From Planctomycetota bacterium (lineage in GTDB: Bacteria; Planctomycetota; DG-23; JAZDKG01): 64,000 nucleotides of DNA. This document shows positions 53,495 through 61,800 of the stretch, in pieces. The first letter of the stretch is position 1, and every line of letters starts with the position of its first letter. The stretch is taken from assembly GCA_043803205.1 (NCBI GenBank), contig JAZDKG010000044.1, forward strand, positions 2,503-66,502, given 5' to 3'. Under the pieces are notes generated by a model that did not search any database, was not told the origin of the DNA, and saw only the letters and a list, made by a program, of their open reading frames with translations. Made by a program: the position numbers and the translations under genes.

Positions 53495-54883
53495 ATGGCG
53501 CGGCTCATCGTGCATCGCGACGAGGGAACGAGTGTTTTCGTCATCGACGGGGATCGGATGACGATCGGCCGCGACCACGCATGCGACGTGCGCCTGCCGC
53601 ACAAACAGGTTGCCCCGGTGCAGTGCGAGATCAGGAGATCGGGAGGGGACTACGTGATCGAGCAGATCGATCCCGACCTCTTTACCCTCCTCAACGGGTC
53701 GCTGGTGACGCAGGGGGTCCTCTCGGACGGCGATCGCTTGGAGGTGGCGAAGTTCCTGATCGAATTCCAGGGGGACAGGGATTTCGCGCGCGAGCCGTCG
53801 CTTTTCGAAATGGACGAGACGGCAGGGACTGTGGCCTCGAAGAAAGAGAAAACGCCGGCAGAGTCGGCGGATGCGAAGGACAAGGCGCAGCCCGCGGAGC
53901 GCCGGGCCCCGGTCGATGGGGCAAAGGGAAAGGCTCCGATCAGGGAGAATCCGGATGCGCAGGGGGCTGTCGCGGACGTGCCAAAGGTGTCTGACTCCCA
54001 GAAGGAGCGCAAGCCGGTGGAGGTCGTCTCCGATTGGCAGTCGATAAGACAGGATGAGGGCGCGGCGAAGACCCTCCAGGGCGCCGTCTGGTATTACACG
54101 ATCGGCGATGAGGAGAAGGGGCCGCTCACTCTCCCGGTGCTCGTTCGAAAGATTGACGAGGGCGAGATCACGGCGCAGACGCTTCTCCGGGGCCCGACGA
54201 ACCCGATTCGGGCTCAGAAAGCGAGCATGGTGCGGGGGGTGGCGCGGTTTTTCCGGGTCTGCCAGGGGTGTGGCGCCCGCGTAGAGGAGGATCAGGTCTT
54301 TTGTCACCAGTGCGGGGAGAATCTCACGCACAAGTTGGTGGAGCGAGGGAACGCGGCGAACAGCGGTCTGGCAAGGGAGGTGAGAAGGCGGTCCTGGAAA
54401 GGCGGGCTGGTCCTTCTTGCGGTGCTGGGGGTTGTGGGGGCGCTTGTGCCGGGCGGCCTCTGGCGGGCGGTCGTGGGGGCCGAGACGGCGGAGAAGATCG
54501 GCGCCAAGGTGGAAGGATTGGCAAACGTCATCGCCCGGGTGGCCGGGCCCGAGCACTTTGAGCGCTGGCGGGCGACTCTGGAGCAGGCGCGGATGTGCGC
54601 GATCGCCCTTCACGTGGGCGAAGCGGCCGAGCTTTACACGCGCATCGAAGAGGCGTTGCGGGGAACGTCCTTTGCCGAAAGCGCGCGGCGGGAGCGCGAA
54701 GAGGTGCTTTCCCAGCTTTACTCACGAGCGAGTGAGGCCGCCTCTAAGGGCCGGTTCGCCGACGCCCGGCGCAAGCTCGAGATCGCGTCGGAGGATCCGC
54801 TCTTCTTTGCGCTTTATCCGGCGGCCAAGGACAAAATGGCCCGCTGGGATGGGGCTGCGGGGAGCGAGGAGGGGGACCCCTAA
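53495..54883 (+). CDS. FHA domain - GYF_2-like - zinc ribbon - TM - helical C-terminal domain protein
   Basis: Start MARLIVH behind GGAGAAG. FHA core TIGRDHACDVRL...LLNG. WYYTIGDEEKGPLTLPVLVRKIDEGEI resembles GYF_2/DUF4339. Zinc ribbon CQGCGARV...CHQCG. One TM segment (GLVLLAVLGVVGALVPGGL). Confidence 0.75.
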   Translation: MARLIVHRDEGTSVFVIDGDRMTIGRDHACDVRLPHKQVAPVQCEIRRSGGDYVIEQIDPDLFTLLNGSLVTQGVLSDGDRLEVAKFLIEFQGDRDFAREPSLFEMDETAGTVASKKEKTPAESADAKDKAQPAERRAPVDGAKGKAPIRENPDAQGAVADVPKVSDSQKERKPVEVVSDWQSIRQDEGAAKTLQGAVWYYTIGDEEKGPLTLPVLVRKIDEGEITAQTLLRGPTNPIRAQKASMVRGVARFFRVCQGCGARVEEDQVFCHQCGENLTHKLVERGNAANSGLAREVRRRSWKGGLVLLAVLGVVGALVPGGLWRAVVGAETAEKIGAKVEGLANVIARVAGPEHFERWRATLEQARMCAIALHVGEAAELYTRIEEALRGTSFAESARREREEVLSQLYSRASEAASKGRFADARRKLEIASEDPLFFALYPAAKDKMARWDGAAGSEEGDP

Positions 54884-54989
54884 GAGATAGGCGAGGCGCT
54901 CTCGCACAAGAGGCGCGACGATGTGGTGTCCGGGGGGCTTGCGCTGCCCGGCGTTCTCTCGCTGGACGCCCGGGGGAAGGAGTCGACGA

Positions 54990-56003
54990 ATGACAAGGAT
55001 CTGGACCGTGGCGTTCTGTGGGGCTGGGAACGTCGTCCGGAATCATCACCTGCCCGCCCTCGAGGAGAGAGGCGACCGCTACCGGGTCGTCGGCTTCTTC
55101 GACGTCGACGGTCAAAAAGCCCGGGAGCGCGCCGGCGACAAGTACAAGGTCTACGGGCAGTACAGGGAGCTTCTCGCCGACCGTGACGTGGAGATCGTCG
55201 TGGTGGCGACGAAGCCCCTCGCGACGCACTACCCGGCGGCGCGGGATGCCCTCGCCGCGGGCAAGCACGTCCTCCTCGAAAAACCGATGGCGTCCACCAC
55301 CGCGGAGTGCGACGCGCTGCTCGATCTTGCGCGGGAAAAGGGACGCCTTCTCACCGTCCACCACAACCGCAGACTCGATCTGGACTTCCTTGCCATGCAG
55401 GACCTCATCCGCAAGGGCAAGGTGGGGGAGCCGGCCTTTATCGAAAACCGTGTGCCCTGCGACGGGTATGACGGGGGCGATTTCGTGGACTGGGGGGTGC
55501 ATTTAGCGGATCAGGCGCTCCTGCTCAACCGGAGCGCCCTGGTCGAGGTTTCGGGGTTCCTCGCCAAGCCGGCCGAAGGCGTGGCGAACGGAGGCTACGG
55601 CGAGGGGACGCTGCGCTTCGAGCGCCCGCCCCTCGTGCGAATCGCCATGATGCCGAGATGTCAGGAGTTCCTGCTCAACGGGACACCCGCCGCCGCGCGG
55701 TTCTACGTGGCGGGGAGCTTGGCCTCGTTTACCCAACGCGTGATCGAAGACCCGAGAGACCTTATGAATGCGACCGTGAGCTTCGACCGGGCGCGGCCCG
55801 ACTACGCGGTGCCGGCGTATCTGGAGGTCCGACGCAAAGGCTACTATGATTACCTGTACGAGAGCCTGTCGCAGGGCGCGCCCCTTCTCGTGAAGGCCGA
55901 GCAGGCGCGCAACGCGATCCGGCTGCTCGAGCTCTTGGGGGAGAGCGCGAAGGCGAATCGGGCGATACCCGCGAGCAAGATGCTCCCGGTCCCCGTGGAC
56001 TGA
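54990..56003 (+). CDS. Gfo/Idh/MocA-family oxidoreductase
   Basis: Rossmann N-terminus VAFCGAGNVVRNHHLPAL and EKPMA motif. AAGGAG RBS before ATG 54990. Confidence 0.85.
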   Translation: MTRIWTVAFCGAGNVVRNHHLPALEERGDRYRVVGFFDVDGQKARERAGDKYKVYGQYRELLADRDVEIVVVATKPLATHYPAARDALAAGKHVLLEKPMASTTAECDALLDLAREKGRLLTVHHNRRLDLDFLAMQDLIRKGKVGEPAFIENRVPCDGYDGGDFVDWGVHLADQALLLNRSALVEVSGFLAKPAEGVANGGYGEGTLRFERPPLVRIAMMPRCQEFLLNGTPAAARFYVAGSLASFTQRVIEDPRDLMNATVSFDRARPDYAVPAYLEVRRKGYYDYLYESLSQGAPLLVKAEQARNAIRLLELLGESAKANRAIPASKMLPVPVD

Positions 56004-56017
56004 TGAGAGGAGGCGAC

Positions 56018-56737
56018 ATGAGCGCAAAGACAAGGCGGACGCGAAAAGTGCTCCTCTTCGGAGGCGGCGCGGTCCACGACTGGCGCAAGGCCTGTCCGAT
56101 CCTGCGAAGGTACCTCGTTGCGATCGACGGATTCGCGGTCGATTACGTTAAAGAGGACTACGACGTGTTCCTCGCGGAGAGGATCGCGCACTACGATCTC
56201 GCCGTGCTCTACCATACCTGCGGCGAGTTGACTTCCGCGCGCAAGACCGGGCTCTTGGAGTGGCTGGCGGGCGGGAAGGGGCTGGTAGGGGTGCACGGGG
56301 CCGCCGACTCCTTCACGGCGTCCCCCGACTACGTGGCCATGATCGGGGGGGTCTTTCGAGCGCATCCGTTCCTGCGGGAATACGTCGTGAGCCTGGCCGA
56401 CACGAAACATCCCGTGACCAGGGGGATCGAAGGGCGTGTCGTCAAGCACTGGGAAAAGTGGCCGGTCTACGAGTACCCCGTCGTGGACGAGCAGTACCTC
56501 GTTGATTACGACCCGCGGATCCATGTACTCGCGTCCGCGATCTTCCGCGGGAAGGCGTGGCCGGTCGCGTGGACAAAGGGCTGGGGGAAGGGGAAGGTCT
56601 TCTACCTCGCCCTGGGACATAACCCGCAGGCGTGCCGCAGCTCGTTCTTTCGCGACCTGCTCATCGGCGGGGCTGTGTGGGCTGCCGACGGCAAACGCTA
56701 TGCGGAGCCGCCCACAAAGGCGTTCGCCATCGGGTGA
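56018..56737 (+). CDS. ThuA-like (trehalose-utilisation) domain protein
   Basis: KVLLFGGG..., GLVGVHGAADSF, MIGGVFRAHP and FYLALGHN. GAGGAGG RBS before ATG 56018. Confidence 0.8.
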   Translation: MSAKTRRTRKVLLFGGGAVHDWRKACPILRRYLVAIDGFAVDYVKEDYDVFLAERIAHYDLAVLYHTCGELTSARKTGLLEWLAGGKGLVGVHGAADSFTASPDYVAMIGGVFRAHPFLREYVVSLADTKHPVTRGIEGRVVKHWEKWPVYEYPVVDEQYLVDYDPRIHVLASAIFRGKAWPVAWTKGWGKGKVFYLALGHNPQACRSSFFRDLLIGGAVWAADGKRYAEPPTKAFAIG

Positions 56738-56777
56738 GGAGAGGGCTACCGGGCGGAGCGAGGGACGGAGGGAACGG

Positions 56778-57083
56778 ATGAGGGAGTTCTGGTTGTGCTT
56801 TGTGTCGCTCTTTGTGGGGCCGGCGGTGCTTACGACGACGCTCGTCCTCATGGGGGAGCACGGGGCGCAGATGACCGTGTTGGCGGTGACCGCCAACACG
56901 GCGATCACAGGGGTGGTGTTCTGGCTGTCGGAGCGGATCCACAGGTGTCTGGGGAAGGCGGGATCGAAAAGGCTGTCGAAGGCTGCGAGCCTGCTCCTGG
57001 CTGGAGCCGGTGGTGGCCCGGTATCGCAACGGGGAGATTCAACGCTTCTTCCGAGCCTATGCCGCCTTTGCGGAAGAAGCTGA
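56778..57083 (+). pseudogene. Truncated MarC/UPF0056-family membrane protein fragment (C-terminal half only)
   Basis: LFVGPAVLTTTLVLM...VLAVTANTAITGVVFWLSERIHRCLGKAGSKRLSKAASLLLAG resembles the C-terminal third of MarC-family proteins (normally about 200 aa). Similarity is lost near 57010, where the transposase-tail frame begins. Confidence 0.4.
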
Positions 57084-57223
57084 TCAAGATCGGAGCGAAA
57101 GTAGTTACAACAGCCCGGTATATCATCTTCCAGATGGCGGAAGTGGCCGTTCCTCGAAAGCTGTTCCGGGCAATCCTTGAACGGATTCGGCGGCTCAAAC
57201 AACCCACATGGGCGCCGGGATGA
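57050..57223 (+). mobile_element. Remnant: C-terminal tail of an IS1380/IS4-superfamily DDE transposase
   Basis: The frame ending at 57223 reads ...PPLRKKLIKIGAKVVTTARYIIFQMAEVAVPRKLFRAILERIRRLK. This matches the characteristic LRxxLxxIxAxVVxxARxxxxxL...F tail of IS1380-type transposases. No catalytic DDE region is present upstream. Confidence 0.45.
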
Positions 57224-57547
57224 CGGCGGCAGATACGGCTACGGCACGGAACTCAAAGGCGACTGACGAACTCTGCCCCCATCGCGGCGCAATGCGCCTC
57301 TGGGCCTCGAAAACGCCAAGATCGTCGTCACCAGAAGGCAGGACCAGCCGGTTGAGACGAGAATCTCGCTTGTTCTTGCGCCCGCAAGAGGCAACATACT
57401 GGCAAGTAGGTTCGCGATGATCGTGAACCGTCAGCGATCTGGGAAATCCCGGGGAATATGAAAAGGGGAGCGGATGAGCCGCGAAGACCCCAAGACACGA
57501 AGGAGCACGAAGGGATGGAGGAATATGAAAAAGGGGGTACTAGTGTC

Positions 57548-60500
57548 ATGAGAACGGCGAAGGCGACGGCGGGGGTTTGCACGATTGTGCTTGCAGGATT
57601 GTGGTGCTCGGTCGCGCATGCGGAGCTTTCAGCGACGGAAGATTCCGACAGTGTCGTCGTGAAGAACGAGTACTACTCGGTCACTTTTGACAAGAGCAAG
57701 GGAGGAACGATTTCGAGGCTTGGCGACCGGGAGGTCGAGCAGCTTGATCGCGCGGATCTGTACGCGGTGTCGCGCGATTCGGAGCCCGAGATCGCAGTCA
57801 CGAAGTCCGCTGACAAAGTCGAGGTGTCCGTCAAGGCGTATTACGTAATGAGGGGAGGGGCGAAGGCGGCGTCGGAACTGCAGGTCGAATACAGGTATAC
57901 GTTTCATGCGGATTCTCCGGTGATCGACTGCAAGGCGACGATTCGGCAGAAGCCGGTGCTGCTGCACGCGGACGTATCGGCGCTGCCGCAATGGAGGGAT
58001 CTCAGCGTACTCCATTTCGGAGACAAGGCCGGTTTCCGTGACAAGTTTGCGGGGGACAAGAAAGACATTCGAGTGTTTCTGAAACCGGGGCAGGCCGACA
58101 TCTTTGACGTGCCGAAGGAGGAGGCGGATGCATTTGCGCAGATGACGCTGCCGGCGATCGCGCGCGGGGAAGAGCTCATGGCGGAAACATTCAAGGATAA
58201 CAAACGGTGGACGGACATAAGCGGCACGTGGGTGTGCGGCGATGGAAGGATGTCCGAGGAGTCGCTGGTCGCTCAGTGGGCATGGACCGTTGCCGGTGAG
58301 CGTTCGTGGAAGGACTATATTGTCGAGGCGGAAGTTTTCTCCGTCGGGGGTGATGCTCACGTCTATGTCTGCAGCCGGTGGCAGGACGCGGATAACCACT
58401 ATGAGATGGAAGTGATCGAGTGGCCGACGTATTGCACGCGCATCAACCGGGTGCATGAAGGCAGGCGGACAAAGCTTGCGGAGGTGATGGACACGGGGGC
58501 GCTGAGGGCGTCGCCGCCGACGCGCCTGGGGTTAGCGGTGAGGGGGGCGGAGCTTGCGGCGTATCGGGACGGGGAACTGGTGCTTGAGGCGTCAGATGCC
58601 ACCTTCAGGAAAGGGCGCATTGCCTTAGGGGCGGCAAACGTGCACGCGGTGCAGTTCTTCGGCGTGATTGTGGATGCGCTGGAGCGGGAAGAGGGGGCGC
58701 CGCCGGCGGTCCGTCTTTCCCAAGTGGTTCCCAGCCGTCACGCGTTCTATCGGGAAGAAGCGGAGGCGGTGACGCGCTTCGTCGTGTCGTGCGAAGAGCC
58801 CGTCGAGCGACTGAAGGTTGATTTCGTCCTGAGAGAAGACCTCTACCCGACACACGGCGGGCTTCATCAGCAAACAACGGCTCTAGAGCCGCTCAAGAGG
58901 GGCGAAGAGCGGGAAGTGAGTTACAGGCTTGTTCCCGCGGAATGGCGATCGGGTGATTACACGATAGACGTGACGGTTCGGCAGGATTCCAAAATTCTAG
59001 CGCGCGATTCGGCAAGCATCTTCCTGCGAAGAAAGCCGAATCCAGATCGTTTCCCCATCACGAGTTATTACCCCAACGACCCCGAGCGTGTGGTCGAGCT
59101 TGGCTTCAATCAGGTGAAGATCGCGTATGAATCGGCTCAGACGCGGTGGTCAAACGGCAAGTGGGGCAAATCAGATGTTCCGCTTCATCTGCAGAGGCCC
59201 GGGGACGAGCATCGACTCCAAGCTGTCTACGACCAGTTTGATGAGTGCGTGAAGTGCGGGGCCTGGGGGTATGTGGACACTCAGTATTCTCTTCTTATTC
59301 CAACGGACGTGCCGGAGGCGCTTGCACTGAAGCGGGACGGGAGCGGCTTGCAGGACCATGACACGAACATGCACCGGGGCGGAATGCCGCATACGTATCT
59401 ATGGAATCGAGCGGTGATAGACAATCTGCAGGACTATTTTAGCAAGGCGGCGCAGGCGTACAAGGAGCTGCCTGCCTGGCATATGATCGATCTAGCGGGC
59501 GAGACGGACAACGTGAACGAGGTCTACGGCAATCCGGACTGGCTGGAGATGGCGAAGAAGGAACTGGGGTTTGAGGTGCCCGCTGACGTGTATCATGGGT
59601 TTGGGCCCAAGGGGAGGGCGCTTCCGAAGGACGGGATCGTGGAAAGCGACGATCCACATTACCGGTTTTACCGCTGGTGGTGGAAGCGCGGGGCGGGGTA
59701 CGGGATGCTTCACGCCAAAGTGGGGGAGGCAATCAAGAAGGTGCGGCCTGATGTGATTACCATGCATCAGCCGGCCTTGAGGCAGCCGTTCGTCGCGGGG
59801 CGGTTTGCGGGGGTGGACCAGCTTCAACAGTGGATCTACGCGTGGCCGAGTGTGGCGAGGTTGGCGATGGAAGCGGACCAGATGAAGCTGGTGGCGGCGG
59901 ATGGTCAAAAGACCGGCATCATGTTCCAGATGTATCAATGGGGGAACTGCGCGATTCCACGGGACGCGGCGATCTGGCCGTACGTCAAGGTGAAGGAAAT
60001 GCACCTTGCGCATTCGCCGGCGGCTATTCGCGAGGGGGCGTGGCTGGCGTTTTCACGAGGTATCGGCTCGATAGCGTATGACGCTCTTGCCGTCGGGGAT
60101 CCGGCGGGGACGGAGAGGATATTCCCGTCGCCGAAGGGAGATGTGCGAGGGAAGGCCAGGGGTTTCGGGTACCACTATATTCTCTATGCAAATCCCGATC
60201 TTGTTTCGGCGGTGAAGGAGTTGAACTTCAAGGTGCTGCAGCCGTATGGGATGATGACGAGGCGTCTGGAGCCGGCCGGAGCGGAGGTGGCCTTGCTGCT
60301 TTCGAACGGGAACCTGATGATGACGATGGGGGATTCGGAGAACTTCACGGCGCAGGAGGGGGGAGAGCTGTATGAGAAGTTGCAGGCGGCTCACGTGCCG
60401 GCGGAGGTCGTTTTTGACGAGACGCTCGAGCAGAAGGGACTTGAGGGTTACAAGGCGATTGCGCTGCCGGGATGCCGCGCGCTTCCGCGACACATCTACG

Positions 60501-61762
60501 AGATGATAAGACGGTTCGCGGAGAAGGGCGGCATTGTGATCGCCGACCAGCATCTCGTGCCTGAGTTTCCCAATGTGACACGCCTTGAGGCCGTCCGCGG
60601 GTCGCGCGCATGTCCCGGAGCGGAGGCGCAGGGGGCGATTCTGCAGCAGGCGCCCAAACTGCGCGAGGTTCTGGACGACAAGGTCACGCGCTGGGTCGAC
60701 TGCGATTCACCCTCCGTGGCATTGCAGGTTCTCAAGAACGGGCCTAACCGGCTTCTGTTTGTAATCAACACTCTGTGCGGGCCGGGCGACTACGTGGGTC
60801 GTATCTGGGGCATCGTCTTAGACGATGGAATTGCACAAGCAACCAAGGTGAGGATTCGCGAGAAGAACGTCGCCATCTATGACGTCCTATCCAGGGACGT
60901 GGTGGGGCCGTCAGCGGACGGGGAATGGCTTGTGTGGGATGTGGCCTTGGAGCCGGGGGACGGAAGGATATTCGCAGTTATGCCGGTGGACATCGGCACA
61001 ATTGATATCGACGTCGCTAAGGAGGCGCAAAGACCATCAGGCGTGCCAGTGAGTATACGGATCAACGACGCGAATGGGAATCCGTTTCCGGGACTGGCGC
61101 CGTTGCGCGTAACCGTCAAAGACAGCCAAGGGAAGGTGAGCGACTACGGTGACTACTACATGGCTTCGGACGGGAGCGCATCATTCACACTGCCGATCGC
61201 GAAGAATGATCCGTCGGGCGACTGGACGGTGACGGTGGAGGAACTGTTCGGCGGGAGAGAGGGGATTGCATTTTTCACTGTTTCCGCCGCCAAGGCGGTC
61301 TTGAAGGCCGAGGCGGCTCAGGAGTTCGTGCAGGTGCCCGAGATGTGGCTTTTCCGGACGGACCCGGAGAAGGTCGGGGAGAAAGAGAAGTGGTACAGTC
61401 CGGGGACGACGGTCGAGGGGTGGCGGCCCATCTCCACGCACAAGTTCTGGGACAGCGCGTTGGAATCGGCGCCGTACGTCGGCGACGGGTGGTATGCGGT
61501 TGATATAGTGATTCCAGAGGCGCCGGGGAAAAAGGTGTGGATGATATTCGGCGCGGTCGACGAGAACTACACGCTGTGGATCAACGGCGAGTATATCGGC
61601 AATAATCTCGATGTGGGAACAGCGATGTGGGACAAGGCGGTTGAGGTGGACATCACCGGCCGGTACAAGGCGGGGCAAGAGAACCACGTCGTGGTTCGGG
61701 TGAAGAACTCCGAGGCCGCCGGCGGCATATGGAAACCGGTCAGGATCATTGCGGAGCCGTAG
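57548..61762 (+). CDS. Secreted 1404-aa multidomain putative glycoside hydrolase (beta-sandwich, ConA/LamG-DUF1080-like, TIM-barrel-like core, GH42_M-like flavodoxin fold, C-terminal galactose-binding-like domain)
   Basis: Signal peptide MRTAKATAGVCTIVLAGLWCSVAHA. The ConA-like segment is WTDISGTWVCGDGRM...SWKDYIVEAEV...HYEMEV. C-terminus ...GWYAVDIVIPEAPGKKVWMIFGAVDENYTLWINGEYIG...HVVVRVKN resembles GH2_N sugar-binding domains. Confidence 0.7.
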   Translation: MRTAKATAGVCTIVLAGLWCSVAHAELSATEDSDSVVVKNEYYSVTFDKSKGGTISRLGDREVEQLDRADLYAVSRDSEPEIAVTKSADKVEVSVKAYYVMRGGAKAASELQVEYRYTFHADSPVIDCKATIRQKPVLLHADVSALPQWRDLSVLHFGDKAGFRDKFAGDKKDIRVFLKPGQADIFDVPKEEADAFAQMTLPAIARGEELMAETFKDNKRWTDISGTWVCGDGRMSEESLVAQWAWTVAGERSWKDYIVEAEVFSVGGDAHVYVCSRWQDADNHYEMEVIEWPTYCTRINRVHEGRRTKLAEVMDTGALRASPPTRLGLAVRGAELAAYRDGELVLEASDATFRKGRIALGAANVHAVQFFGVIVDALEREEGAPPAVRLSQVVPSRHAFYREEAEAVTRFVVSCEEPVERLKVDFVLREDLYPTHGGLHQQTTALEPLKRGEEREVSYRLVPAEWRSGDYTIDVTVRQDSKILARDSASIFLRRKPNPDRFPITSYYPNDPERVVELGFNQVKIAYESAQTRWSNGKWGKSDVPLHLQRPGDEHRLQAVYDQFDECVKCGAWGYVDTQYSLLIPTDVPEALALKRDGSGLQDHDTNMHRGGMPHTYLWNRAVIDNLQDYFSKAAQAYKELPAWHMIDLAGETDNVNEVYGNPDWLEMAKKELGFEVPADVYHGFGPKGRALPKDGIVESDDPHYRFYRWWWKRGAGYGMLHAKVGEAIKKVRPDVITMHQPALRQPFVAGRFAGVDQLQQWIYAWPSVARLAMEADQMKLVAADGQKTGIMFQMYQWGNCAIPRDAAIWPYVKVKEMHLAHSPAAIREGAWLAFSRGIGSIAYDALAVGDPAGTERIFPSPKGDVRGKARGFGYHYILYANPDLVSAVKELNFKVLQPYGMMTRRLEPAGAEVALLLSNGNLMMTMGDSENFTAQEGGELYEKLQAAHVPAEVVFDETLEQKGLEGYKAIALPGCRALPRHIYEMIRRFAEKGGIVIADQHLVPEFPNVTRLEAVRGSRACPGAEAQGAILQQAPKLREVLDDKVTRWVDCDSPSVALQVLKNGPNRLLFVINTLCGPGDYVGRIWGIVLDDGIAQATKVRIREKNVAIYDVLSRDVVGPSADGEWLVWDVALEPGDGRIFAVMPVDIGTIDIDVAKEAQRPSGVPVSIRINDANGNPFPGLAPLRVTVKDSQGKVSDYGDYYMASDGSASFTLPIAKNDPSGDWTVTVEELFGGREGIAFFTVSAAKAVLKAEAAQEFVQVPEMWLFRTDPEKVGEKEKWYSPGTTVEGWRPISTHKFWDSALESAPYVGDGWYAVDIVIPEAPGKKVWMIFGAVDENYTLWINGEYIGNNLDVGTAMWDKAVEVDITGRYKAGQENHVVVRVKNSEAAGGIWKPVRIIAEP

Positions 61763-61800
61763 GGGGAACGGTGTTTGGGTGATGAACGGGAGGAATCCAG

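Noticed and set aside
57407-57427. 8-bp hairpin GGTTCGCG-ATGAT-CGTGAACC upstream of the 1404-aa gene, initially considered as a tRNA T-arm or terminator
   Set aside because: There are no flanking acceptor, D or anticodon arms and no downstream T-run. It may be part of the IS remnant end or a 5' UTR structure, and the evidence is insufficient.
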